NCBI RefSeq assembly: GCF_036321535.1
Contig: NC_087437.1
Span: 103,356,001 to 103,420,000, forward strand
DNA: 64,000 bases
Direction: 5' to 3'
Source of the DNA: Camelus dromedarius
Taxonomy: Eukaryota
This document shows positions 12,510 to 26,125 of this stretch, one piece after another. The notes beneath the pieces were generated by a model. It saw nothing but the letters and a program-made list of their open reading frames with translations, made no database searches and was not told where the DNA came from. Position numbers and translations under genes: made by a program. Numbering within the stretch: position 1 is the first letter of the stretch; each line of letters opens with the position of its first letter.

Positions 12510-13022
12510 CCAATTGTCTATTGCTATGTATCAAAACATCCCAAAACTTAGTGGTTTAAATCAATAATTAAACATTAATATGTCTTGTGGTTCTGTGGAG
12601 TGCCTCTGCACAGCTAGCTAGACAGATACTGTCTGAGGATAGAGCAGTCTGAATTTTTAAGTGTGCTGGATGTTCAAAGCGGCATTCTTACTCAGATTTT
12701 TGTATTCTGGTGTTTCTTTCCCTTGGTATCTCCTATGGCTCCTCCTCATGACTGTCTTCTCATAGCATGATGGACTCAGGAGCGCTGCATTTCTTTTGTA
12801 AAGCTGGCTTCCAAGAAGAAGCAGGAGCTGAAGCCCATTTTTAGGCTATATTTGGAACTGGCACACAGTCATCTGGGCTATATTTTATTGGTGAAAGCAG
12901 TCACTAGACTTACGAAGGCTGAGATATATGTAGACTTCAATTCTTGATGCGTGATAATCCCACAGTGTTCAAGCATGTGACATGGGAGATACTGCTGGGT
13001 CCCTCTTTAAAATACTGCCATC
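12510..13022 (-). mobile_element. Old MaLR solo LTR (MLT1H/J-like)
   Basis: ctattgctatgtatcaaaacatcccaaaacttagtggtttaaa...ggaactggcacacagtca...tattttattggtgaaagcagtcac. Confidence 0.75.
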
Positions 13023-13179
13023 TATTCACTGTTTTTTTCCTTCCTCATCTGTACACCATAGCTCTTCTAAAGGATCACTTCTTACTTTCCAGAGAACATT
13101 GAAGGCATGTAGTAGATGCAACCTCAAATTTCAAACACTCATTCTATAAAGATATGTGCATATACACTTAGCTATGTCT

Positions 13180-13660
13180 TCTTTTCTCCTATCACATGGG
13201 GAGGGATCTGTTCCTGACAAAGGCTTAACCTTCCACTCTGTTATGGATTTTATTCCTATATTCCTTCTTGGCATCTTGCCATGACACTTATCTGCTTCTC
13301 TCCAAAAATGTTTGACTTTCCTCTTTCTACTATTTAATTCTCCGTTCATTTAACATGGATCAATTTTCTCCTATTGTTAAAACAAGCAGGCGCACATTCA
13401 ACAAAATAAAGCAGAGGTTTCTCTATAGTCAATGTAGTCATTCAATACCCAAGAGGACACAGTCCTCCTAATGTCTCCTATATTTTCTACAAAATTTTTT
13501 GAAAAGGTTGTCACCATTCACTTCCTCTAAATACTCACCCTATTCTAAAGGGACTTTGTCCTAGGGTCAAAAATAAACTCTCTTATCTCTAAATTTAAAA
13601 AAAAAATACTTTTTAGTCTGTAGCATATTAGAAATCTCAGCTGCTTTTGACGAACTAAAC
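13180..13660 (+). mobile_element. L2 fragment
   Basis: Pyrimidine-rich with L2-like 'aaaggcttaaccttccactctgttatggattttattcc' and 'atctcagctgcttttgac'. Confidence 0.5.
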
Positions 13661-14639
13661 CGTTTATTCTGACTTAAATTATTCTGACATTTTGCTGTTT
13701 CAGCCTTGATACCTTAGAATAGTTTTAGAGAAATGGTTCTTTCTGAATTTAGTTAAATTTGCTCCAGGGCCTACAGAAAAATCTGAGGACAGAAACCATG
13801 ACCATTTCTTCCAAAGTCTTAGTTAGGATTCATTATATCCATGTTTTTTATCCCTTGAGATGAGTTTGTCTCAGGATTTTCCTCATTGTCTTAAGAAAAT
13901 TCTAATTTTTCATCCTCCCCTACCCATCAGACAGTTTTGAGTCACAGTTTAGGCTAAGCTTGTACCAGTAATGTACAGGGGAAATAAAAAATATTCCTTT
14001 CATAAAAACAGATTGGAAAGTAGAAGCAATATAGTTATCCTAACAAATATTAATACAATTTCAATTTCTTAGGATGGAAACAGTCCCTTTTTAACAAATA
14101 TATTTGGCCTGGCCAAGGACAATAAAAAAGTAACATCAAATGTCTTAGTCGTGAATAGAAAAGTAAAATTCAAAAATACATCAGTGATATGATTTCTTTT
14201 TTTGTGAATTGTTTAAAGTTCAGCTAAGGCAATAAATCCACGAGCCTTTAAAAAATCTCTATAACTATGTTAATAATGGATTGAAACACATATCATCCTT
14301 TAATGTACAATTGAACAAAACTCTAACTGTAGTGTACTGAATCACTTTGACCTGTATCAACTCTTTGATTTACTGCTTTGCTGTAATTTTAGCAGGTGGA
14401 AGTAGAACTCAAATATTAAATTTGGTACATTTTGTGCTCTGAAACAAACTGTGATTATAAGTCATTTTAGAGGATTTGGAAAACAAAAGAGAGGAAAAAA
14501 AAAAACAGATGCCTAGATGACTGGTTATTCAGAAATAACTGAGAGACCAAATATTTACAGTCCTATTACGATCCAGAATTCTAATAAGTTAAGATCTTCA
14601 CTGAGTGATCTTGGGCTGATGAAGAATGTCAATGGGGAC

Positions 14640-15152
14640 TTTGATGATGAGTTTTATGTGTCAGGTTGCCTGGCCCACAGGATGCTCACGTATCTGGTTG
14701 AACATTATTCCCAGACGTGTCTGCGAGAGTGTTTCCAGGAGAGCTTAGCATTTGAGTTGGTGGGCTGAATAAAGCAGATCGCCTTCCCCAATGTGGATGG
14801 GCATTGTCCAACCCACAGAAGGCCTGAATAAACAAAAAGGTGGAGGAAGACTGAACTTGCTCTCTTCCTGGCTGAGTGAGCTTGGACATGGCACTTCTCC
14901 TGTCCTCCATGCTCTTGGTTCTCAGGCCTTCAGATCTCGACTGGGAGCTATACCGTCAGCTCTCTGGCTCTCAGAATTTCAAAACTAGATGACCAAATTT
15001 CCTGGGACTCCAGTTTGCAGAAGGCAGAAGGTGGGACTTCTCAGCCTCCATAATCACATGAGTCAATTTCTTATAATACATCTATCTCTCTCTCAAAAAA
15101 AAAAAAAAAAAATCTTTTGGTTCCATTTCTCTGGAAAACCCTGACTAATACA
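14640..15152 (+). mobile_element. MLT2 (ERVL) solo LTR
   Basis: Starts ttgatgatgagttttatgtgtca, has internal ctgaataaagcagat...cccaatgtggatgggcat, and ends ttctctggaaaaccctgactaataca. Confidence 0.9.
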
Positions 15153-15346
15153 GGATCCCAACTGCAGAGAATACTAACACTTGGCTCATTATTACTTATA
15201 TTCAAGCATCAGTGGTAATAGTATAATATATAAATAGCCTTTATTAAAATATGTGTTTTTGTAACACCATGTATCTAAGATGATGCACATATCAATCTTT
15301 AACAGGTAATGAATACAAAATGTTTATGGCAAAGTTTATTCAATTC

Positions 15347-15431
15347 TATATGTGTATGTATATGCATGACTAGGACATTGTACTATACACCAGAAATTGA
15401 CATGTTGTAACTGTACATCAATTTTTAAAAA
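15347..15431 (+). mobile_element. Very short L1 3' terminal fragment (same subfamily as 50703-51101)
   Basis: tatatgcatgactaggacattgtactatacaccagaaattgac matches the reverse complement of about 50715-50795. Confidence 0.85.
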
Positions 15432-16409
15432 TCTAGAATGAGAAAAAACACATAAATTCCATTTATTGAGCTGTCACCAGCTGATGGTCTAAAAAAGAAA
15501 ATTTATTTAGTTCTAGAGCTTTATTTGTGTGAACCATGCCACATATTCTATTCTGTTTAAAATACAGGGCTCCCATGTATTTTCAGAGCCCACGTGTTGA
15601 ATATGGACACAGGGCCTAAAAAGAACCCAAAATTGAAAGGGATAAATCTTATAAATGAAAACAAAATTGTGAATTGCTTTTATGGAAAGAAAACTTGAAA
15701 ATCAAAGATGAAAATGATGCAAAAAATAAGAAATATTAATTTATGTATGGTGACTTTACATAGCTTAAAGCTACTTCCTTTAGGAATATAATAATAACAT
15801 CTATGATATTTATGGCATATACTAAAAATATCCTCTAAAAAACTACAGGTAAATACTTAAACGTTTTCAAAAATGTAAAGGTCTTCAAAAAGTATGAAGA
15901 TCTTAAAGATTTTTTCTTAATATACATTTCTTAATGAATAAATGTAAATATATACTTGTATATATATTAAATTCTATTTGATTTCATGAATTTGTTCTGT
16001 GGTTAGTCCTCAGATAAAATATATGTGAGAAAAGATTTTAACAATCAAGCATACAGTGAATTGTTTGAACCCGCTGGTAACTTTTCTTATAATAAAGAAC
16101 AAAAAATAAGAACAACGCAGAAATCAGCTACCAAAAAAATTGATTTGGTAGGAAAAAAAGATGTAAGGCAAAATAAAACTAAATGGACTTCTTGTCATCA
16201 ATAAGAAAATAGATAAGATACAACATATATATACCATAGAAATATAAACACACCATGGAAAATTATACAGCCATTGTAAAGAAGAAATCTGCATTATTTC
16301 AGTTTAGTTGAGAGAGTTTTTTATATCATTTTTGGATAAAAAAGTAGGGTGCAGAAAAAGTTGTATATTTTTTCAAGATTAAAAACAAAGGAAAAAAATG
16401 AATATTGAG

Positions 16410-16446
16410 TGTGATGGTTAATTTTATATGTCAGCTTGACTGAGGC
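16410..16446 (+). mobile_element. Isolated 5' stub of an MLT2 LTR
   Basis: tgtgatggttaattttatatgtcagcttgactgagg matches the recalled MLT2 start. Confidence 0.7.
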
Positions 16447-16585
16447 CTGAGATCAGTTCACCTGACTTTCTTTCCTGAGGATGCTAATGCCTTTTCAGAA
16501 TTTAGACCAGTTGCTAGATCTGCTGCTTTCATCATTTACTTTCCAGGTTCTGATGTGACTTATGTAGAAGTTGAAGCAGAGGTAT

Positions 16586-16693
16586 AGAAAGAAAGAAAGA
16601 AAAGTAGGAAAGAAAGAAAGGAAGGAAGGAAGGAAGGGAAAGAGAGAGAAAGAGAGAGAAAGAAAAAAGAAAGAAAAGAAGGAAGGAAGGAAG
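16586..16693. repeat. GA-rich low-complexity / (GAAA,GGAA) repeat
   Basis: Directly visible. Confidence 0.9.
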
Positions 16694-17429
16694 CTTTATG
16701 AAAAAGGAAAACAGTATATATAAAAAGGCTTTATTTATGTAAAATAGTTATGCATTGGATTATACATCCATTTTTAAAATTGCTTCCCTTATGGTACCTG
16801 TTAAAGTGCCTTGTACATTATAGATATTCATTAAATATTTATTAGAAGAATACATAAATTTACTGTTCAAATAATACCTCAAGTAATCAATTTTTTTCTT
16901 ACATCATATATAAGATTACATTATTTTAAAATTAAATGTTGTCTTCATCCCACATGTAAGAAATTCTGTAAAAACTTTGGTGGAATGAGATGGATTAAGA
17001 AGAATAAATTCACTGAAGATTCTGTGGATCTGATTTATCCATGAACATTGATATGGAGCTTAAGAAAACCCCAATTCTCAATGCTCACTTAATAAGCTGC
17101 CTTGGAAATGTGCTATGAATATTGAATTCATGAGCATTAGCATTTTTCTAATGTTCCCTGTGCACATGATGATCCTATCTTTGATTCATGTTGGGAGTAG
17201 TCATTGCTCTCCACCTTATTGTCTCAAAGGATGACAGTCTAAAGGTCCATATTTATGAGTAAAGTGTTGTCAGAAAATTGAAATACTTTTTGTACTGATA
17301 TAAAATTTTTGAAAAGTATGCAAATATTTAGTTAAATAAAGTGATGTGGCAGCTTTCAAAACAGAGTGTAGGAAAGAAGAGACAGTTTTAAAAGTTGGTT
17401 AGCAAAAGGATATAATGATATTCAAATTT

Positions 17430-17520
17430 CTCTTTTTCTTCCTCTCCTTCCTCCTCCACTTCCTCCTTCCCTTCCCCTCCCCCTCCTGCTGTTCCCCTCC
17501 CCTTCCCCTCCCCCTCCTGT
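17430..17520. repeat. CT-rich low-complexity tract with G4 potential on the minus strand
   Basis: Seven C-runs of 3 or more within 17469-17514. Confidence 0.85.
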
Positions 17521-19423
17521 CCACCTGCTTGTCACGCTGCTCCTCCTCTATCTCCCAGCATTCCTTATTTTCTATGATTGGGAGAAAAAAAAATCCTATG
17601 AGATTTGATGAAAAATAATAACATCTTGAATTTATTTCATCTTTTTATACTATAAGAACATTTGTTGGCAGATCTTTAGTTTAGGTCTCTTATTTTTAAG
17701 CACCTGTAATATGCCATACAATGAGCTTACCAGTTAATTGAACTTAAATTGTTATCAACAAGATACAGAGAAAAGTTTTTGTTGACAATTTTTCATAAAT
17801 TACATTTCTTAAAATCCAACTGCCCAAATCTTTTATAGAAGTATTGTAGGAAATGTGTTCAATGAATGTTATGCCTCTAACTTTTGTTAAGGAAAAGGCA
17901 TGGTTGAACTAAATCAAATATTAGTTATCAATGTGTTGCTTATAAAACATATTTGTAATTCTTTGAATTAGATTATTAGTGCATATGGACTTTTCTCCAA
18001 AACCAAAACCAAGTTAAATATACATGGAAAAGACAATATGAACCAAATTCCACTTTGAAACCAGAGTTTAGAAAGCTTTAGAAGAAGCTAAATTGAATAT
18101 TTTGTTCTCTCTTAGTATACTTTTATGGTATTAATCATATTCTATTCACACCATTTCCTGTTCATAGACTACAATATTCTTCTGTGTCCATTGCCCATCC
18201 AACAGTGTATACATACAGGTACTTGCAATAAGAATCTAACATCTAACATCACCTAGTATCTCTTAGGAAATACTGGAGAGAGCTCGTCCCTGTAGCACAT
18301 ACTTTACATTACCTTAATACTTTTGAAAAATATAATATTTTAAGATTATTCAATCACATGTACATGTTCCTATAACATTCATTTCTAGTTGTTTGGTTGC
18401 AAATGTGCATTATAACTCCAGCACAATTTCCGTATAGCATAAGGGAAGTTCCTGTAAGAATTACTTATATAGTATTCATATCATCTCTGTTGTAATTTTG
18501 CATGCAGTCGTTGATAAAAGATTGGCCAATGGCATCAAAATGTAGCAGTTTATCTGACCCAGTTTGGTTTTCACAAAAATTTTAAAGCAACTCATTTTTC
18601 TACCCTATTATAATATTAATATGTGATATGGCCTCTGTTTTTAATTCTTTCCCTTCCCCACCCATCAGCATAAGTGCTCACAGTTTCTCCTATTTTAGAA
18701 AGTAGAGAGCACAATCTGAATTCATGCAATCCTCATTTTCTCCGTAGAATATCATATAATGGTTGTTGAAAAAAAAATCAATGGTTCTGCAGATTTCACC
18801 TGGGAATCCAAATTTATCTGATCATACTTAAAAGACATTTAAGTATGCATTAAAGAAAAATAACTCCTGTGTTATACAGTACATTCTATCTTATTTTTGA
18901 AACTTGAAATCTATACTCTTCTGAAAATTCAGTAATTAGTATTTTTCTTCTATTAAAATACTAAAAGGTAACTAATAAATCCTAGCCACTGGATGAATTA
19001 TTTTTATTAAACAGCCTTACACACTGATACTTGTTATTGTTATAACCATATTAATTTTCAAACCATAGAAAAACCACCTTACTATAAATATATTTAAGTA
19101 TGTCTCTGTATGTGTGTATGAATGTGTATTCTTGTTCGTAATTAATCTGCTAATCAATAAACTTCTTAAATAACCTGTCAGTCAACAGCCACAGAGATGC
19201 CATACATCAAAATAACCAAAATATTTGGAATTTTTTTGTTGTCTCTTCTTATAATATTTTAGTTTGCTATTTTTTTCCACATTGAGGTATGCACAACTAG
19301 AGAAATATTTAAGATCAATGCAACTTTTTATCTTAAACTTTTAATTTCTGAAAATTCTTTACATTTGTCAGATTCACTGATATAGACAATGCATTCTAGG
19401 AAAGTACTTTATTGAGAATATTT

Positions 19424-19952
19424 TGTATCAGTAAAGATTCAGTCAGGAAAACAGAAATGTCAAGTTAGGTATTTTGATGGAGGGAATTTAACATAGGGTA
19501 ATTTGTTATATGGTTGCTGGAAGGTTGGAAAAGCGAAAGAGGAAGACTTGGGTGGCATAGATATCAAGTTAGAGGAAGCTGGGATTAGGGACATTTAGGT
19601 AATTTTAGAGGAACTCCTTGAAGATGAGGCAAGGAACTCTCCAGATAGAATGTTGCTTGGCTAGCCTGGTACCTCTGGGAGGAAGGTCATGTGACGCTAG
19701 CCCTCGGGGGACTGAAAGAATCTGGAACTGGAACCAACAGCTCTCTGCTGCTTCCAGGAAGCATGCAGATTAACCAGATTATGTCCTTTCTCTACCCGTC
19801 TTTCTTCCTATCTCCATCTGGTTTCCTCTATCAAGAGAATTATTAGAAAGTCAGAAAGAAAGGAAAGGACTTGCTAAGATGCAGTATCAGAAAACAAGGG
19901 ATAGAATGTTCTATGTTTGGAATTAAAAGACAGTAGCTGAAGGAATGGCACC
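19424..19952 (-). mobile_element. Ancient LTR (MLT1M/N/O- or LTR78-like)
   Basis: tgtatcagtaaagattcagtcaggaaaacagaaa...taggtatttt...gagggaatttaacataggg is a typical reverse end of old MaLR/ERVL LTRs. Confidence 0.55.
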
Positions 19953-21329
19953 ATCTTTTGGTGATTTAAACACTGAACTGTAAAACTCCATTATAGAGAT
20001 TAATGGTAAAAATACTTCTTCCAGGATGAAGAGTTATTAAAGCCTCAGAAGACATGAAACTGCTCATTGGATTTTTTCAAAGCATGTTTTATTTGGCACA
20101 TAAGCTATGTATGAACTTAGAGTTTTTTCTCTCCCTTTACTACTGTAAAGAAAAGACATAAGAGATATTGTAAAAGTGTACTGTATCATTTTTGTAATTT
20201 CCAATTTTTATTTTGTTATGAAATACGATTTTTCATTCTGAAAAAATACATATATATATATTTTAAGAAGCTACATTGATTGACCAGTTCTGATGTGCGT
20301 ATCAGGAGGATTTCAAATGTCACCTCCATATATCTTGATTCATAAATACCTTGCAAATAAATAATAAGAAAAAGATACAGTGATATTTTTAGGGTTAAAA
20401 AATGTATCATCCATTGCTAACTAAAACTGATTTTTGTAGCTTATGTACAAGCCAACAAAATCCCACCAACATAAACTATGATTTGGCTAGTTTTTTTTTT
20501 TTATCAAAAATTATTCATGGAAACAGGGACTCTCTGGAGAACATTTTAATTGTGAAACTTTGAGATTGTTTTGAGTGCATGCATTTTGCTTTCGTAAGGG
20601 AGCAACTGAAGCACAGTAAATGACTCATAATTACCCTTCCTGGGGAGACAGACCCTCTGCCCCTCAGATTTCCTGATGCCTAATTCCTGTACTAAGTTCC
20701 TTGCGCGTGAAATTATTTCTGAGCGACAGCATAGACGGCTCTTACAGAGGTAGCCTGACATATAACATGTCAGTCTAAGTAAGGAGTTAAGCTTTACAGA
20801 TCAGTTTTTAAATCTCATTATTAACTGAATTTTTTTCCACTCTCATTTCCTCTAACCTCTTTCACAGTTCTCAATATATGAATTCTCTTATCCTAGCTGT
20901 CTGGTGAACAAGTGTCAGTCAGTTGGTGATGCTGTCATTGCCAGTACAATTAGTATTCAAACTGAACTCAAGGAGCCCTCACTCAACTGCCTTCAAACTA
21001 TTGGCATCAGACGTGTCACGTGAAAGCACTGAATTTGATATACTGGATAAGAGAGCTAAAAATAGAATGAAGTTGCAACCCATCCAATATAATTTCATGA
21101 TCTGGCCACTCACTGTGCTCTATTTATAAGTGAATACAGAAAATTTAACATGAGATATATTAATTTTTATTTTGGAAAACAGGATTTCACATAGCCTTGC
21201 CAGTCTGTAAATAGTCACCAGATTACATTAATGGTTAGAACCCAATTTTCCTTGGCTCTTGCGTGGCATAAGACCTGGGACCCCTTCCCCATCAAATAGA
21301 AACCTAGATAAGGAAGACAGTTTCTTATT

Positions 21330-21430
21330 TGTTGTATTTCTAAATTTTTCCTTTTTGCCTGGAACAGTGCCTGACTATAGTTATTCCTCAATACATATAG
21401 ATTGAATGAATGAATAAGTTAATGAACAAA
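21330..21430 (+). mobile_element. L2 3' end
   Basis: gcctggaacagtgcctgactatag...ctcaatacatatagattgaatgaatgaa. Confidence 0.7.
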
Positions 21431-21699
21431 TGCACTATATATCTTCTGAAATGTGCTTTATGTAAAAACACATAGGAAGCACACTTGAAAGTCCATCATT
21501 TATAGAGATGGTTTATATGTATTTTATAATACATTATTGAGCATTTAATTTACTAAGACTATGTTTTCATTCACACGTTTATAATATTTTAAAAGTATAA
21601 TATTATGAACTATCTTGGTGCAGCATATACTTTTTTATGACCCACATCACATCACTTCTGCATATGTTCATTTGCATGACAGCCTTGGTGGATGTATCT

Positions 21700-22132
21700 T
21701 GTAGGCTGACTGTTCCACCTAAAGAGTGCTATGTGCTACTTCTCTGTGTTTCTGCTTTATGCATTTTTCTAAAGTTGTACTGGGCCACTCAACCCTCCTG
21801 AATGTCCCTCACAGAAGTTCAAGAACATTAAGATTACCGGGAACACACTTGTGCACTAAGGATGAGAGTCGATGGATAAATGTCCCAACTTCCTATATTT
21901 TGCAGGACGAACCTAAAGTCTATTTTACACCATTCTTCAGAGGGTCTCTAGAGGGTTCTGGTCCCAGATGCTTACAGCAATGATGATATTAATCGTTCAT
22001 CTTTTGTTGTAATTTTCCTCCTTTCCCGTCTCCATCTGCCTGTCCTTCACTGCTGCTCTAGTGTCACCCCAACACCTGCTTGCACTCAAGTCATTATTTC
22101 CAGCATTATCCTTGGGAACCCAAACTAAGAAA
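21700..22132 (+). mobile_element. LTR16-like (ERVL) solo LTR
   Basis: gatggataaatgtccc...cttgcactcaagtc...gggaacccaaactaaga. Confidence 0.75.
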
Positions 22133-24194
22133 CACAGTTAAAAATATTCATGCAGACTTGCTAAAGTCTTTCTATTTTTTACCATGTAAAGGGAACGCCT
22201 GGCTATTTTGCAGAAGCAGTTCTGACGTTGACATTGGGGGACATTCCGAGGATAATCAAAGTTTACTTTAGTTCCACATGTGTTTATTGAGTTTCTATCT
22301 GGTGTCTGGCACTGTTCTGGGTGTGAAAGGATTAAAGGAAGAAATCAGTCTGCTTTTCAAGAGCCTGAGAAAAGATTTTTAGCCGAGATATTGGAAAGTG
22401 TGGAGAGCTGGGAAAATAACATTGTAAATTAATTATCATCAACTGATCACTTACTTCCATAGAGAAGAATCAAATATTTCTATTTGTATCTATTATACTT
22501 TAGGGCCCATGGCAGTCATCACTGTTTATGCATAAAAAGCACTGTTGGTGTCTACAATAACATTTAAATTAAGATTTTTTTTTTTTAATTTAGAAAAAGG
22601 GATTGAATTCTTAAGTTGCTTGTTTAATGATACATTTTTATATGGGACATTCTTAAGTGTAGAATACAGGTTTCCTGACTTTGAATACATTTTCTCTCCA
22701 GGGTTATTATCATTTTAAGGAAGATAGATGTTTACTCTGACTGGTTTCCTGTCCCACTGTGTGGTGGGTGGGTGTGAACAGCTCTCCACGGGTCCTTTAG
22801 GTTGCTGCATGTGATAGCATACAACAGACCCACTAGAGGGCTGCCCGCATCACTTCTGTTTTATCCTCAGGTGGCCCATATCTATTTCTGAATCACTTGC
22901 CTTGCTGTCCTTTCTGAACCTCTAAAACCCAGATATTTTGACTTCATTCAGTGTTCTTTCCCCTACTACTTTCTATCCCACTGATACAATAAAATCATAA
23001 ATTACGGACTTGGCTTAACTCAAATTTTGTCTCAAATTTCCACTGCATTTTTATTGTCTCAAATTGCCTTGGATTTTCCCCTTTCTTTCTGATTTGACAA
23101 AGTTGACAGGACCCATGTGAATAAATGTAATATATTTAAATGAATTTATCTCTAGTGATTGTTTTTACCTATAGCAGGGCTAATCATATTAACACAAAAC
23201 CACTAATTCTGAATCAAGATATTTCTGATTATAGTATTTAGACAAGTCCAATTAATTTTTAGACTACTTATCAATATAGTTAAAATAACATTTGCCTAAC
23301 TTTTCAAGGGTCTTATGGATTGTTGGCAGGTGGAATTCAATTATTTTTCATCTTGGTTGTGAAAATACAAATTCATGTGCTATCGTGTCATCATCTGTTT
23401 TAAAGACAGACACTGACATTTTTAGAAAAATAGCACATGGACTAATTGTTGGCAAAATATCTGCTTGGACTAGTATCTTAGTCTCCTCAGAGTAAGATAG
23501 TGAAAGCTTAGGTCACCTTTTATTTCTTGAAGGTCACTATCCATTTCCAACTACAGATGCATTTTTAAGACTAACAAGACAAAGAATTTCCCAGGCATGG
23601 CACACTTCCATAAGTGTCCTTTCCACAGTCCCACAAGCATCGTTGCTCACCGCACTTAGTAGAATGCGATCCATCAATGACTTTTACATAGTTGTTGGCC
23701 CTTTTTCTATGCTCACACAATGGGAGAGCTGGCTGTGCCTCTCTAATCTCTATGTAGTCCCGGAATTCCACACTCATAAGCTTAACATTTGAATATTTAA
23801 AATGGTACACATAACAATTTTCATCCATACATACATGCAATTATTCAACAGTTATTTATTCAATCCCTGCTGTAGTCCATGAATTGCAAATATTTGTAAA
23901 CTGATTTTTGGGCACTTTTTCCTATATTTTTTATGGGAAATTATGGAGTGAGTGTATGGAAAATGAGACGGAAGGAAAACCAGAAATTTACTAGTCTAAT
24001 TCTCTTCTTTATGTTATTGTTATAGTAGATTATATCACTGAAGCCCATATTAAGTAATTTGTCCAAAGCTAGATAGTCAATTACAAGCTGAACAATAAAC
24101 AGAACTCTAGATTTCCTTTTCTTCAAAGTTTTCCCTAATAATCCAACATTTTCTAAACTTACAGCTGAATTAAGTCAACACCAATATCATATAT

Positions 24195-24860
24195 TAATCA
24201 TTCATTTGTACAAAAAGTATTTAGTGGATGCCTACTGTATAAATAAAAACTATTATATGAACTTGACATACAGATAAAATTTCCTATTATCATTGTGATT
24301 ATTAAATAAATTGTGTAGTGTGTCAAATGATTCTATGTACTATGCAAAAGAAAATGGAGAAGATTAAGGGGGACTTGGAGTACAGAGAATGAGTTTAGGG
24401 GCTGCTGAAATTTGGAAAGGGTAGTCAACAGCATTCATGTAAAAGGTGACATTTTAGCAAAGAATTGAAGGAGGTGAGGAAGTTCACCAGGTGGATATTT
24501 TGAGAAACAACACTTCAGGTAGAGGAAGTTTTCTGAGCCAAATCCTTAATCTGTGTGAAAAAACAGCCCTTCAGAGGGCAATTTAGCTGGAGTGGAGAGG
24601 ATGGGAGACTGAGTCAAAAGACAGGAGGTCTTAGAAGCAATGCATGAGGACAAAAAGCACCTTTGGGTCATCAGAAGGAATTTATATTTTACTCTGGGTG
24701 AACATGAGAACTACTGCAAGGTTCTAAGCAAAAGAATGGCATGGCATATCAATTGCTTTATTACGAAGGGAATGTAAGGGTACAAGAGTTGACAAAGGTT
24801 GACCAGTCTGATGGCTCCTGCAGTGATCCAAGCTCAGGCTAGCGTGGTCAGATCATGAGC
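24195..24860 (-). mobile_element. L2a fragment
   Basis: cattcatt...tatttagtggatgcctactgt...aaggtgacattttagcaaagaattgaaggaggtgagg...tttactctgggtgaacatgagaa. Confidence 0.8.
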
Positions 24861-25199
24861 TACATTTTTTGGAAAATTCTGACTATGGGTACAGGGCAAC
24901 ACTTCCTTCCAACAAATTATAGCACAAGAGCTCATTTCTACCACTTCAGAAGAGAGGGCACTGGTATAATCCCAGGTTCCAAATTTGGAGAATGAGACTA
25001 GGCAACAAGTGAAATAGTAGGTATGATGACATCCAAACAGATATGACTTCCTGCAAGGGCAGTAGGAGTTGCAGGTCCAAGTTCAGAGAAGTTTTTTATA
25101 GCTTTGATGTTGCTGCAAAGAGCTCAGAATGGAGGACTATGAGAAACACTTTAGGTCCTTTTATTTACTTACTCCAGAATATTGTCCTATGTTTTCTTT

Positions 25200-25695
25200 C
25201 TTTTCTAGGTACAATTAAAAATTGTATGTATTTGAAGTGTACAACTTGATAATTTAGTAAGCCAACCCATTGCGAAATAATCATCACAATCAAGTTAATT
25301 AACATAATATCCCCTCCTATGTTTACTATTTTCTTTTTTTCTTTTTTTGTGGTAAGAAAACAGGATTTTCTCTCAACAATTTTCAAGTATGCAACACTGT
25401 ATTATTAACTATATTCCAACATTCAGCTCTAGAACATATTTATTTGCATAACTGAAACTTTTTACAGCTTGACCAACATTTTCCCTTTTCCCCCTCACCC
25501 TCAGTTACTAGGTCTTTGCTCTAGACCTTTGACTAATTTAGATTCTGCATAAGTGAGATTATGCAATATTTGTTTTTCTGCATCTGGTTTATTTCACTTA
25601 ATATATTGTCCTTCCAGCTTATTCATGTTGTTACAAATGGCAGGATTTCATTCTTTTATAAGGCTGAATAATACTCTATTGTGTATGCATCATTT
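25200..25695 (-). mobile_element. L1 (L1MA-like) 3' end, non-inverted arm
   Basis: aaaattgtatgtatttgaagtgtacaac...atcacaatcaagttaattaaca...ttgttacaaatggcaggatttcattcttttataaggctgaataatact. Confidence 0.9.
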
Positions 25696-25696
25696 T

Positions 25697-26110
25697 TCTG
25701 AATCAAGAAGAAATGGAAAGCTTGGAATGACCAGTAACAATAACAAGGTTAAATCAGTGATCAAAAGCACTCCAACAAAGAAAAACACATGACCTTATGG
25801 TTCCACTGGTGAATTTTACCCAATTTTCAAAGAATAATTAGTATAAATCCTTCTTAAACTCTTTAAAAAATGGAAGGAGAAAAAAGCCTTCAAACGCATT
25901 TTAGGAGACTGGCTGCCCCCTGATACCAAAACCAGACAAAGATACTGCAAGAAAACTACAGGGCAATATCCCTGATGCACATAGTTGCAAAAATCCTCAA
26001 TAAAACACTTGCACACTGAATTCAACAGCACGTTAAAAGGATTAACAGTGACCAAGAAGGATTTACCTCTGGGATGCAAACATAGTCAAACATATGAAAT
26101 CAATCAACGT
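25697..26110 (+). mobile_element. L1 ORF2 fragment (start of the RT domain), opposite orientation to the adjacent 3' end
   Basis: Degenerate ORF2 DNA: atggttccactggtgaattttaccc, tgataccaaaaccagacaaaga, gcaaaaatcctcaataaaa, ggatttacctctgggatgcaa (G-F-T-G-E-F-Y, I-P-K-P, A-K-I-L-N-K, G-F-I-P-G-M-Q-like motifs). Confidence 0.92.
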
Positions 26111-26125
26111 TCTTAAATCTTTACA

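Noticed and set aside
23571..23840. 89-aa ORF with faint CUB-like words (RDYIEIR, YVKVIDG, KCG) and a CG|gtgagc donor
   Set aside because: There is no credible acceptor or polypyrimidine tract, the motif spacing does not fit a CUB domain, and it lies next to an L2-like tail.
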